From the IMG/VR virus record IMGVR_UViG_3300042301_003932: a stretch of DNA of 64,000 nucleotides. One strand, 5' to 3'. A program made the translations under genes and the position numbers. Below, in pieces: positions 9,589 through 19,646 of this stretch. The notes below the pieces were generated by a model, which worked only from the letters and a program-made list of their open reading frames with translations, made no database searches and was not told where the DNA came from. How positions within the stretch are numbered: the first letter of the stretch is position 1; every line of letters starts with the position of its first letter. Source of the stretch: a virus.

Positions 9589-10596
9589 TTACTCAACTTC
9601 TTCTTTTTCTGCCTTTAAATCAAAGTCACCATCAACACCGATGATTTCTTTCCAATACTCAGCATAATCTTTTTTGTATTGTTCAATGGATGCCTTTTCT
9701 TCAGACGCTTCTTTACCTGGTAAAAATCCATGTGGTGTTACAATAATTTTACCGTCTTCAAATCCAAGTCCATTGATGTGGTTTTTCATTACAGACACCT
9801 TTGTTCTTGAAGCAAACTTTACTGTACGTTTGTCTTTAGTTGCGGTAATCTTTGTTGTTCCTGCCCCTTTTTGGTTTCCAAATAAGAAAACTAAAGATGA
9901 ATTTAACCAAATCGCTTCTCCGCCTTTTGCTTTAATCTTTGGTTGTCCAAATGGATTATCAGGTAATTCTACCCAAGGCTGATTAACAATAATCAAAGTG
10001 TTTTCATATTTAGAATCTGCTTTACGAGACCCTGAAATGCGTTGGTTGATTCCCATTCCAATCTTGTCGGCTAAAACACTTGCATTGTGTTGTTTACCTC
10101 CTTTACCTTCATAAGTCATCTTACAAGGAACAGAACCAACTGAATCCCACATGATACATAATGAATAATCTAAATCACCTTTTTCTTGTGCATCTAACAA
10201 ATCATTAATGTAATCTGTAATTTGTTCAATGTAATCAAAGTTATTATTAAAGATATAAAAACCATCCCATTCTAACTCACCTGTTTCTGTATCAACAACT
10301 TCATCACATTCAAACCCCATTAGTTTTGCGTGTTCAAAGGACCATTTTTGTTCAGTAATAATGAATACAGGAAGGACTCCTTTCTTTTGAGCATCAACCG
10401 CAGTCTTTACTAATGCAGTTGTCTTACCTGTATCACTATGTCCTAAAAACATATTGATGTGTCCCATTGCTGGTCCCGGTAATCCAACAGCATCTAAGAA
10501 TGGTTCACCCAAATCAAAAAACCTTTGTGGTTTATATTTTGCTGATGTGGAAAACTTCTTCTTTAATGAACTAAAATCATTCTTTTTAATTGCCAT
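9589..10596 (-). CDS. recA: RecA/UvsX-like recombinase
   Basis: Walker A GHSDTGKT, Walker B IMWDSVG, IVNQ, KGGEA and KNH. Start moved from 10617 to the MAIKK ATG at 10596, which shortens the overlap with the upstream gene. Confidence 0.85.
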   Translation of the reverse strand: MAIKKNDFSSLKKKFSTSAKYKPQRFFDLGEPFLDAVGLPGPAMGHINMFLGHSDTGKTTALVKTAVDAQKKGVLPVFIITEQKWSFEHAKLMGFECDEVVDTETGELEWDGFYIFNNNFDYIEQITDYINDLLDAQEKGDLDYSLCIMWDSVGSVPCKMTYEGKGGKQHNASVLADKIGMGINQRISGSRKADSKYENTLIIVNQPWVELPDNPFGQPKIKAKGGEAIWLNSSLVFLFGNQKGAGTTKITATKDKRTVKFASRTKVSVMKNHINGLGFEDGKIIVTPHGFLPGKEASEEKASIEQYKKDYAEYWKEIIGVDGDFDLKAEKEEVE

Positions 10597-10882
10597 TTTC
10601 TTCTCCTTTTTGTTCATTTAAAACTTTTAACATGTCTTCAGTGATTTCAAATTTCTCATCTCTTTTAACATTATACTTGTAAATTGTTTCCAACATTTCA
10701 AGTTTATCTTTTGCGTTTGTCATCTTTTCAACAAACTTATCCATTTCTTCTAAATGTTGTGGGTGTTCACCAATACCAACAGGGTTATTGAAATAAATTA
10801 AAAGTGTTGCTTCGGCTTCAGCCATTTCTGACCTATATTTCAAGGTCAGGGCTTCATACATTTTTTGTGATATCTTATTCAT
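10586..10882 (-). CDS. Hypothetical helical phage protein (NPVGIGEHP motif)
   Basis: 98-aa ORF in the operon between SSB and RecA. Confidence 0.75.
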   Translation of the reverse strand: MNKISQKMYEALTLKYRSEMAEAEATLLIYFNNPVGIGEHPQHLEEMDKFVEKMTNAKDKLEMLETIYKYNVKRDEKFEITEDMLKVLNEQKGEENGN

Positions 10883-10892
10883 TACTTAAATA

Positions 10893-11744
10893 TTAAAATG
10901 GTAATTCTTCTGATGGTTCATCATCTGCTTGTGGGTCAACGATTGGTGTATCTTCTTTTTTTGCTCCACCTAAAGAAATCTCAGCCTCATCTCCGTAAAC
11001 ATATTTTTTAAGTTCGGAACTCCACATTGGTGTTTCTCCTACGGCTACGGCCTCTAAATACTCAACAGGTTTTTTAGAATAAACATCTTTCCAAGTTAAC
11101 TCATCTTGTAACCAACCTTCCATGATTTCTTTATCTGTGTGTACAGGTGCTGGATCATCATACATAATTGTTTGAACAACTGTATATTCTTTTCCTTGTG
11201 GTGTTTTTGCTTTTGTTAATTCAATAATAAGGTCTCTTCCTTTTTCTGAATCTGTAACATCTCCTTTTGCTTTCCAAATAGGGAGGATTTTATCTAACAC
11301 ACCTTCTTGTTTGTAATTGTGTTTAAATCTCCAAAATTTAACTCCGTCTTGTTCGTTATCTCTATCAATAACCTTTACAATGTAAAATAAACGTGAACGG
11401 TATTGAGATGCCAATTCTTTATCTTCTTTTTTACCTGTAGAAATTAATTCGTTATAAACTTCAGTAAGTGGTGATCTTTCGTTGTCATTTTTTTCAGGGT
11501 CGTACAACTTAACCCACTGCCCATTTACTTGAATTTCGTGATACCAAACTTCAACAAATGGTGATGAGCCGTCTTTTGTAGGTAAAACTCTGATTCTTTT
11601 TTGTGCAGATTTTTCATTTTTTTGAAGAATTGCTGAAAAATACTTTTTCATTCTGTCTTCTTGTGAGATGTTTTGTCTCGGTGAACCACTTGGTTGTGAG
11701 TTCTTTTCGTACTGTGCAAGTACTGCGTCAATTGAATTTGCCAT
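10893..11744 (-). CDS. Single-stranded DNA-binding protein (T4 gp32-like)
   Basis: RIRVLP..DGSSPFVEVWYH, DVTDSEKGRDL and acidic tail DDEPSEELPF; first gene of the SSB-RecA-exonuclease-helicase-RNR operon. Confidence 0.82.
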   Translation of the reverse strand: MANSIDAVLAQYEKNSQPSGSPRQNISQEDRMKKYFSAILQKNEKSAQKRIRVLPTKDGSSPFVEVWYHEIQVNGQWVKLYDPEKNDNERSPLTEVYNELISTGKKEDKELASQYRSRLFYIVKVIDRDNEQDGVKFWRFKHNYKQEGVLDKILPIWKAKGDVTDSEKGRDLIIELTKAKTPQGKEYTVVQTIMYDDPAPVHTDKEIMEGWLQDELTWKDVYSKKPVEYLEAVAVGETPMWSSELKKYVYGDEAEISLGGAKKEDTPIVDPQADDEPSEELPF

Positions 11745-11784
11745 AGATTTTTGTTTTTAATTTTTAACTCTTTTATCTATAACA

Positions 11785-11813
11785 ATTATAAGTGAATTTG
11801 GTAGAATGTCAAA
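11785..11813 (-). promoter_or_regulatory. Early/middle promoter of the replication operon
   Basis: Minus strand TTTGACA-N16-TATAATTG; fits sigma70 -35/-10 and nearly fits the Bacteroidota TTTG-N19-TAnnTTTG consensus. Confidence 0.75.
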
Positions 11814-11845
11814 TAAAAAAGGGACCTTGTTGGTCCCTTATATTT
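11813..11845 (-). terminator. Intrinsic terminator
   Basis: AAGGGACC-N5-GGTCCCTT followed by a T-run on the minus strand. Confidence 0.8.
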
Positions 11846-12586
11846 TTATAAAAATCTACGTCTTCTTTTGTAATTTTCTTTTATATTTTCTTCATCTTCT
11901 TCTGAATCATAAATATTAAAAGTTTTTTTAATTTCATTAGGTGAAAAACTTTCTACATCATCGGAAGTTAAAACATATTCATTTTTACCTGACTTTTCCA
12001 TGTCCATTTTTTTATCATCAAAAAAATCTGTTAATTTTTGATTGTATGGGTAAGAATCTAAAGATCTTAACTCTAACTTTTCTTCAGGTGTTTTTTCTCT
12101 ATATTTATCAAATTTATTTTCTAAACTATCTATTTTATTTAAAAGTTTATCCATGTTTTCCAACTTAGATGTTAAATCATCTAATTTTGAAAAAATACTA
12201 TCCATAAATTCTTCTTGTTTAGATTTAATTTCTTGTTGTGCAGTTACTAAATCAGTAATGTCAATTTCTTCGGTTTCGTCCTCACCTTCTCCTTTATCTT
12301 CTCCTCCAACTTCTTCAACGTCAGGATCATTTGGTACGTCAACAGGTTCCGGTATTTCTTCTCCGCCTGCTGGTGGTGCACCTGCGTCTCCTCCCGCCGG
12401 TGGTGCTCCCGCTGCGGGATCTCCAGCTGGCGGCACTCCTGCGGCTGCAGGATCTTCGGCAGGTGGCGCACCTGCGGCTGCAGGGTCTTCAGGTGGTGGT
12501 GGTACATCACCTTGTTCTTTGATTATGTAATTATTAATTTGATTAAATCTTCTGATCTCTGCTAGTATTTTTGATTCTAAATTCAT
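11846..12586 (-). CDS. Acidic, Pro/Ala-repeat coiled-coil protein; possible prohead core or internal head protein
   Basis: Leader ending IIKEQ, PPA(E/G)DPAAAG repeats, acidic tract, coiled coil. Confidence 0.7.
   Translation of the reverse strand: MNLESKILAEIRRFNQINNYIIKEQGDVPPPPEDPAAAGAPPAEDPAAAGVPPAGDPAAGAPPAGGDAGAPPAGGEEIPEPVDVPNDPDVEEVGGEDKGEGEDETEEIDITDLVTAQQEIKSKQEEFMDSIFSKLDDLTSKLENMDKLLNKIDSLENKFDKYREKTPEEKLELRSLDSYPYNQKLTDFFDDKKMDMEKSGKNEYVLTSDDVESFSPNEIKKTFNIYDSEEDEENIKENYKRRRRFL
12355..12505 (-). repeat. Degenerate GC-rich coding repeat (PPAxDPAAAG-like, about 5 copies)
   Basis: Repeated cctgcggctgcagg; local GC spike. Confidence 0.7.
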
Positions 12587-12600
12587 TTTGTTAAAAAGTT

Positions 12601-12825
12601 TTAACCATTCAATAATGTTTTAACTCCCGTAGGTGTCTCAACTTTTAATGTTCTGTTTGTTTTTACGGTATTGTCGTATCTTTCAATAAGCCCATCTTTC
12701 ATTCTAATTGTATAACAATCACCAGTATCTAAATCACAAACTTCTTTATATCCATTTTCTGTTTGTCTTTCTGTTATACGAGTATCTTTTCTAAGATATT
12801 CGTCTAAAATTCTTTTTACGTTCAT
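12601..12825 (-). CDS. Hypothetical protein (EVCDLDTGDCY)
   Basis: 74-aa ORF with a TATTTAT motif upstream. Confidence 0.75.
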   Translation of the reverse strand: MNVKRILDEYLRKDTRITERQTENGYKEVCDLDTGDCYTIRMKDGLIERYDNTVKTNRTLKVETPTGVKTLLNG

Positions 12826-12867
12826 AGTGTTTAATTTTATATATAAATATATGCTTATTTGTAAAAT

Positions 12868-15800
12868 TTAAAAATAATTTTCAGCAATCTTAACCACGTT
12901 AATATAGGAATCAAATGAGTCTTGTGTAATTGTTCCCTTACTTAAATTTAAATCTATGTAGTTTTTGATGTATTCCGCGTTTAACTGTTCAATAACATTA
13001 GGGGTTGCCGGATCATCCGCAATTAATATTCCTGCCTCCCATATTGTTATTACAAATTCTGAAATACCACTATAAAACGCGTTTTGATCATTACCATTTA
13101 ACTCAATCAATCTTGGTAGTACTAATATTGGTTGGGTCAAATATGAAGATGCAATTTTTATAGAATCGGTTTCGGCACTAAACGAAAATAATGGTGTCGG
13201 CACGTCTGAGTTATTAACACAAATTAATTCTGAAAATTCAGGTCTATTTCCATTATTTTTATTTACCGCATTTATTTCAAAATAGTTATTATTTAATGGC
13301 TCAATTGTTCCTGAACTTTCAGATTGGTTTAAAGGTCTTGTCAATGCAATCGTAAATAATGTTATTTTTAAATTTCTATCATTTTGATTATTTGTTGGTC
13401 CTAATGTATCATTTATCAAAACCTTTAAATCTTCAAAAGTTAAAGTTTTTTTATCTACTTGAACAAATGGGAATGTTTTATAATCAGCATTTACTATTTG
13501 TTCACAAGCACTTTGATCTGACAATAAACCTTCTTTTTCTAGTTTTTGTTGTTCTGGATCTAATATTGATTCATAATTTTCAGGTTGTCCCTCTGTGTTT
13601 TTTCTTTCTAATATTTTTGCTTTATATTTTTGTAAGTAATTTGCCTTAACATATGTTCCTAAACTTTCAGGTTGTGGTAATGCGTATTTAGGCATTCTTG
13701 AACCTGTAAAATCAGTCGTAAATTCACCACCACTACTTAACTGATGACTTACCTTAAATATTAGATATGGTCCATAAAATAAAGGTACATGTCTTAAATT
13801 AAAATACATCATAGGTTGTATCATTGCATTAGACATACTATTCACAGTACATGTATATGATAATGATTTGTAAAACGAATATAATGAAGCGGTTTGTTGA
13901 TTTATTCTATCACCACTAGCACTATTAGCCAAATTATCTCTAACCATAAATGTTGCCGCTGTGTTTTTTTTGTCTTGCATCCCAACACTTATATTTTTAA
14001 ATATATTTTGATTTCTTATACCAAAGTCAACATTAAACCCTACCACTTTATTTGATAAAGATTTATTTTGTTTACCGTCTTGTTTTCTGTTTGGGTTTGT
14101 TGTTGGATTTCTAAAATCGTAACTATCATCTCCGTATAATACAAAACTGTTATCATTTTGTCTTGGTTTTTCCGATTCTTTACCTGTGTAAACACATAAA
14201 AACTTTGCTGTTGAATTTATATAATCTACGTTTGTCCAAGTACCAAATAAACTATTAGCCGGATCAATGTCTACCGCTTGAGGATTTTTTGATGGGTTTT
14301 GTATACCATAAAAATTAATGTAAGCCGGTAAAGAAAAAAAGATCATGTTACTACATAACTCCAACAAGTAACCAATTATTGAATATATATCGGTTCCTCC
14401 GTCACTTTTAAAAAGATCTCTTACGTCTTCTAAATTTATTTGTATCTTATCTCCAATATCATTATTTGCGGTATCATGAAATAAAAAATCTTCAAATAGT
14501 GTTTTGGTTTGAAAGTCAGTACCTGAAATCCACTTATCATTTAATGTTTGAAATACATTATACAAAGACAATTTGGTTGTTTCACCTTCTACTGTTGCAT
14601 TTGAATTGGTTTTTGTTTTTTTGTTAGGTAAGTTTTTATTTAAATACAATGATACTTCTGAAATTATATTATCGTCAACCAAACTTAGGTCATCTAAAAA
14701 TGCTTTAAGTTGTTTTGTAAAAGTTTGACCATTGTATGGTAAATTTTGTTTTAATTTTTGTTGTTTTTGTGTTGCGTATATTCTGATGAGTGGATATAAT
14801 GTTTTTATATTATCTTCTGAGAATTTAATATTCATATCTATAAAAAAATCAGTAAACGTGGAACCCGTATTAGTGTAGTTGCAACCACTGATAGTTGAAA
14901 AACCAACATATTTTAACATAGTTTTCCATTCATTATTATAGCTTACCCTACTTTGGGTTAATGATATTGTTTGTCCGGCACCAGGTAATGTGTTTATCTC
15001 ATATGGTTCAAAAACAAATGGGTCAACAGGATTTCCTGGTTCATTCAATATACTGTTAAATAACCTTCTATCAAAATTTCCAGCATTTCCCATTTTAAAA
15101 ACACAATCAAACTCCATAAATTTTTTAATACCTAACGACATGTTGGCTAATTGTCTTTTTGCCAATTCATAGGCATCTTGGTTTTCTTGGTTAACTAATT
15201 CAACGTCATTATCTCTAACTAAAAAAATGTTTTTAATTTGATCAAATAATCTTCTTTCTTTTATATTTTTTATTTTATTTGTACTTGTATATGTTGGGCT
15301 TGTTTGTTCTTTTTCTAAAAAAAGAATATCGTTTGCGGTTGGGTTTGGTTCACAAAAACCTAAAAACACCTTTTCAAAAAAGTCTAAGATTTCAGGTTTA
15401 AATATTGAAAACATATCTTCCACTGTTTTGGACATCAGTTCTTTCCCAAAATTTAAATATTCATAATACTCAGGTTTTTTAATTAAATCGTTATCATAAT
15501 ACCCAAATTGTGGTGCTCCCCAAAAAGACCTTACAGAACCATTATACATTGCCGGATTATTAATCACTTCAATTTTTAGTTTGTCGTTAACATCAAAACA
15601 CTCAAATACTGTTTGGTTGATTTTTATACCTCCATTTGAAGGTATAAGTAAATGTGTTTTGTAACTTTTATCAATCAGTGGGTCTTTATCAAATGTGACG
15701 TATTGAAAATATGGTTTAATAATAATAGCTCTTGCGTTATCGTTTGGGTCTCCACTAAAATTCATAAAATAAGAGGCATTAGTGTTTGATCCAATTTTTA

Positions 15801-18800
15801 ATTTGCCTTCATTATATAAATTATCAAATTCAGTTTGGTTATATGTTGTGAATAAATCTTTTTTAGTAAAGAACCAATAAAAATCGTTTATAAGTTTTGG
15901 GTAAAATCCTGTGTTTAATATATCCATGTATCCAGTAAATGGTTCTACCTTTAAATCTAATGCTTTAAAGTCTATAGATCCTCCTGTATAATTTTTAATT
16001 TTAAACTGTGTTTGTAAATTGTTTAAAAATGGGTCATAATATTTTTGATAATTAAAATTTTCCCATACATCATCTAGTATATCTTTTTGGGTTTCTACAT
16101 AATTTTTATACCTATGCCAAACAGAACCAAATTTTAATACTGTAGCATATGGTATTTGATGTATTGATGAAAAATTCTTGAGTGTTCCACCAAAAGAATC
16201 TAAATATCTATCAGTATCGTAGTCAATAAGTGGGTCAGATAATTCTGAAAGAGGTAATGAGTTCAAATAAATATATCCAAGCGCAACATATGGGTTTTCG
16301 TTTGAATTTTTTTCTAATTCAACACCTTTTAATAATGCATTTATAAAGTATGGTGTATTTAATAATGAACAACTTTGTATGTTTGTTTCAACATTTCCTG
16401 AATAAAATGTTGGGTCTAATTCAAGTTTATCTACTGTAACATATCTATCAACAAAATCATTATCAATAAAAAATTCTTTAAGTGTTAGTCTATTATTAAC
16501 AGTTTTTGAACTACTTTTACTAACCAATATTGGTGTTGTAAAATTTTCAAATTGTTTTTTAGCGTAGTATTTATAACATTTTATTTTTTTAATGCTTTCA
16601 GTCTCGTTCAATCTTGCAATTGTTTTTTTATCATCTAAAAAAATATACGTTTCAACAGTTAGATTATAATTATTAGGCGTAGTATATACCGTAGAACCTG
16701 TCACAAAATATTCGTCAGTATATGGTAAAGTATCCAAAAATGAAATTTCTTCTACTTCTGTACTTCTTAAATAATCTTCAAAATTTTTAATAAATGGTGT
16801 GGTGTTATCTAAACTTATAGATCTTGTACTCAAAGTGCTTAAATCATATAAACCATAATCTTTTTGAATAACGTTTCTTATTTCTTCTGTTACGTATTTA
16901 TCTCTTATGAAATCATTCCATGATGTACCAGCACCGTTATAATTTGATATCGCCTGTAGCTCATCTCTTAATGTTCGTAAATTATATTTTTTTGTTTTTA
17001 ATTTCTCTACTAACTGTGGGTTTTGTAGTGCAGAACTTATTATATTTTTAGCCTCTAATTCTGCTAAAAATTTATTTATCTGTTTAGTGTTAAATGTGCT
17101 TTTTTTGAGTTTTGTATAATGACTCAACGCATAAATTCTTTCATACATTTCATACATAAATTGTACTTCTGATGTGTTAAAATATGGTGCAACCTCAAAT
17201 GGAAAATACAAAGTATTACAAGAACCGTATTTTGCCAATTCTTTTGGGTTGTTATAGACATTTCTTTTAGCTTGAACTGACTTTTCAATTGAAGCGTTTA
17301 AGTAACTTTCTAAAAATTTTACTTCAGGCCAAACATTTTCATCAAAACCTTCTGTTTGATCGGCATATTTTGGTTCGCCAACATAATGAATATTATACTT
17401 ATTATTACCTTCTTCGTCTTTTTCTTCAACAAAATATGTCGGCCAAGGATAAACAATATTAATGTTTTTAATTTCTTCAGATACTCCTTGTGTGGAATTT
17501 TTTCCATCAATACTATTATTTTTATCAGGAGGTAAAATTGTAGATACTCTTCTTGGATTATCTCTTAAATTATTAGCGTCTGTATGTGTCTTATCCATTA
17601 GACGATAGAAAGTATCTAAACCAGCAATTAGTATTGCCATTACATTTCTTAAAGTAGGTTCATACCCTAAACCACCATCTTTAGAAAAGAATCTTACCGC
17701 TAGGCTGTTTGATATTTCTGTTTCTATCTCTACTTCCCTTTCATCTATTCTAGTTTTAAGAACGTTTATTTTATCCAAAAAACTATTTGTGACGTATTTA
17801 TTACCACCAAAATTTATTTCTCCATATTTTATAAGTGTAGGGAATGTTTCAATATCATTACCATTAATATCTTTTATAATTTCTTTAGCTAAAAAATCTT
17901 GATTTATTTGAGTAATAAAAAGATTTACTTGTTCGTCAGTAGGTATTGACCCAATTCTTGCGGCCATTGTTTTTTTATAATCTTCAAAAGTTAACTTATT
18001 ATAATCAAAATCCTCAAAAATTTCTTCATCAGTTATAGTGACAGGTATTTGATTTTCCCCTTGAGCATCCTCACCAAAAGAGGCGTTTCTTCTCATGTTA
18101 TCTAAGGAATTATTTATTTCAGCCTTAATTGCCGATATTATGTCTTGTCTTTTCTGAAAATCTAAAGTGTTTTTAAATGAATAAAAAATTTGCCCATCAT
18201 AAATTATATAATTTGATGTGTCTAAATAGTTATTCAAAACTACTTTATATGCCCTATCTTTAATCTCTAAAAGGTCATTTCTAAATTGGTCAATGTCACT
18301 TAAAACCACAAAATCTCCTTGTTCTATACTTTGGTTCATGAAGGTTGTAAAGCTATCTGCGTCTTCAATAAACTCATCTATTGTTAGATGTGGGAAACTT
18401 TCATCAATTAATCCTTTTGATTTATATATTTTATAAACTTCATCTAATTTTTGTCTACCTAATGATGATTGTTCTGATTTTACTGTAGTATTTACACTAT
18501 TTGTTGGTGATGGGTCTTTTGTTTCAACTATTTGTGGAAACATTTTTGGTGCAGTCCTTGAATAGTCTAATAAGCTGTCGCTTAGTAATCCTGAATTTTT
18601 ACCAATCAATTTAAGGTCTATTTTAAAATTTCCCAAGCTGTTATCAAAACTCGCATTAAAACTAACTAAATTTAAACTATATCTTATCGCTTTACCGTAA
18701 TAACCTTTTAATGTTAAATAAAATATGGGATATGGTAGATTAAAAAATACAGAATAAAGTGAGTTTTCCCCTTGTTCAAACAAAGTTCTTCCTTGTATAT

Positions 18801-19338
18801 CAATAAGTTGTATGTCTACTGTTGGGGTAAACATACCTCCCGCCTTTCCACCAGTTATATCTACCCTAATACTTTCAATACCTAACATTTGTGTATCTTG
18901 ATAGTTAGAAACCGATCTAGCGTATCTTATGGTACCGTCTTTATTGTTTATTTGCCTCTCGTTTGTTTGATTTAATCCTTGACCTTCTCTTGACCCCATA
19001 CCGGTTACTTGATCTGACCAACTTGTATCATATGAATCTTTACCTTTAGGTCTTAAAAAGTTAATATCATCTCCTTTTTTATTCGGGTCTCCGGTTTTTC
19101 TTCCTTCCAAACTTGCAATTTGTGTGTTGATAACATCACTATCCAAATCTAACCCAACCGCTAATTTTGTTCTTGGTACAACTTTAGTTTCTAAATTTGC
19201 ATAAAAGACTAAATCTTCGTGGTCAACTAAACGATCTTTAACTTCTCCATCAACTACAATTTTATTAGGGTCTATTAAAATTATATTATCGTAGTCAGTT
19301 TCTACATAAATTGTTTTTTGATTTAAATTATCTGCCAT
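12868..19338 (-). CDS. Giant virion structural protein, likely baseplate hub (2156 aa)
   Basis: Follows the gp53/LysM-like gene. Hub-like N- and C-terminal beta segments (LGIESIRVD...PTVDIQLIDIQG; YTCTVNSMSNAMIQPMMYFNL...GPYLIFKVSH...FTTDFTG) flank a very large insertion. Confidence 0.65.
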   Translation of the reverse strand: MADNLNQKTIYVETDYDNIILIDPNKIVVDGEVKDRLVDHEDLVFYANLETKVVPRTKLAVGLDLDSDVINTQIASLEGRKTGDPNKKGDDINFLRPKGKDSYDTSWSDQVTGMGSREGQGLNQTNERQINNKDGTIRYARSVSNYQDTQMLGIESIRVDITGGKAGGMFTPTVDIQLIDIQGRTLFEQGENSLYSVFFNLPYPIFYLTLKGYYGKAIRYSLNLVSFNASFDNSLGNFKIDLKLIGKNSGLLSDSLLDYSRTAPKMFPQIVETKDPSPTNSVNTTVKSEQSSLGRQKLDEVYKIYKSKGLIDESFPHLTIDEFIEDADSFTTFMNQSIEQGDFVVLSDIDQFRNDLLEIKDRAYKVVLNNYLDTSNYIIYDGQIFYSFKNTLDFQKRQDIISAIKAEINNSLDNMRRNASFGEDAQGENQIPVTITDEEIFEDFDYNKLTFEDYKKTMAARIGSIPTDEQVNLFITQINQDFLAKEIIKDINGNDIETFPTLIKYGEINFGGNKYVTNSFLDKINVLKTRIDEREVEIETEISNSLAVRFFSKDGGLGYEPTLRNVMAILIAGLDTFYRLMDKTHTDANNLRDNPRRVSTILPPDKNNSIDGKNSTQGVSEEIKNINIVYPWPTYFVEEKDEEGNNKYNIHYVGEPKYADQTEGFDENVWPEVKFLESYLNASIEKSVQAKRNVYNNPKELAKYGSCNTLYFPFEVAPYFNTSEVQFMYEMYERIYALSHYTKLKKSTFNTKQINKFLAELEAKNIISSALQNPQLVEKLKTKKYNLRTLRDELQAISNYNGAGTSWNDFIRDKYVTEEIRNVIQKDYGLYDLSTLSTRSISLDNTTPFIKNFEDYLRSTEVEEISFLDTLPYTDEYFVTGSTVYTTPNNYNLTVETYIFLDDKKTIARLNETESIKKIKCYKYYAKKQFENFTTPILVSKSSSKTVNNRLTLKEFFIDNDFVDRYVTVDKLELDPTFYSGNVETNIQSCSLLNTPYFINALLKGVELEKNSNENPYVALGYIYLNSLPLSELSDPLIDYDTDRYLDSFGGTLKNFSSIHQIPYATVLKFGSVWHRYKNYVETQKDILDDVWENFNYQKYYDPFLNNLQTQFKIKNYTGGSIDFKALDLKVEPFTGYMDILNTGFYPKLINDFYWFFTKKDLFTTYNQTEFDNLYNEGKLKIGSNTNASYFMNFSGDPNDNARAIIIKPYFQYVTFDKDPLIDKSYKTHLLIPSNGGIKINQTVFECFDVNDKLKIEVINNPAMYNGSVRSFWGAPQFGYYDNDLIKKPEYYEYLNFGKELMSKTVEDMFSIFKPEILDFFEKVFLGFCEPNPTANDILFLEKEQTSPTYTSTNKIKNIKERRLFDQIKNIFLVRDNDVELVNQENQDAYELAKRQLANMSLGIKKFMEFDCVFKMGNAGNFDRRLFNSILNEPGNPVDPFVFEPYEINTLPGAGQTISLTQSRVSYNNEWKTMLKYVGFSTISGCNYTNTGSTFTDFFIDMNIKFSEDNIKTLYPLIRIYATQKQQKLKQNLPYNGQTFTKQLKAFLDDLSLVDDNIISEVSLYLNKNLPNKKTKTNSNATVEGETTKLSLYNVFQTLNDKWISGTDFQTKTLFEDFLFHDTANNDIGDKIQINLEDVRDLFKSDGGTDIYSIIGYLLELCSNMIFFSLPAYINFYGIQNPSKNPQAVDIDPANSLFGTWTNVDYINSTAKFLCVYTGKESEKPRQNDNSFVLYGDDSYDFRNPTTNPNRKQDGKQNKSLSNKVVGFNVDFGIRNQNIFKNISVGMQDKKNTAATFMVRDNLANSASGDRINQQTASLYSFYKSLSYTCTVNSMSNAMIQPMMYFNLRHVPLFYGPYLIFKVSHQLSSGGEFTTDFTGSRMPKYALPQPESLGTYVKANYLQKYKAKILERKNTEGQPENYESILDPEQQKLEKEGLLSDQSACEQIVNADYKTFPFVQVDKKTLTFEDLKVLINDTLGPTNNQNDRNLKITLFTIALTRPLNQSESSGTIEPLNNNYFEINAVNKNNGNRPEFSELICVNNSDVPTPLFSFSAETDSIKIASSYLTQPILVLPRLIELNGNDQNAFYSGISEFVITIWEAGILIADDPATPNVIEQLNAEYIKNYIDLNLSKGTITQDSFDSYINVVKIAENYF

Positions 19339-19645
19339 AATAAAAAATATAACTATCTATCGCACTTTTGTAGTCTTGTAATGCACTTATTAATGGAAAT
19401 GGTATGATCAATATTGTACCATCTGGTATATTACTTTCAAGACCACCATAAATCGGGTTCGCTATTTGTATTAACCAACCAAAATATGGTGATCCGTATT
19501 TTTCATAACTAATTTTATCTAACCTTGATTGTCCCGATCTGTAAATATATTTTTGATCGGAAGGTCTATTACCTATGTTTATGAATGGTACCACTAATGA
19601 GGTTCCATTAAGTGTAAATTTGCTGTATCTTCTATAAAAATCCAT
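19328..19645 (-). CDS. Baseplate wedge LysM-like protein (T4 gp53 / P2 gpX-like)
   Basis: SRLDKISYEKYGSPYFGWLIQIANP...IPDGTILIIP. Confidence 0.85.
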   Translation of the reverse strand: MDFYRRYSKFTLNGTSLVVPFINIGNRPSDQKYIYRSGQSRLDKISYEKYGSPYFGWLIQIANPIYGGLESNIPDGTILIIPFPLISALQDYKSAIDSYIFYYGR

Positions 19646-19646
19646 A

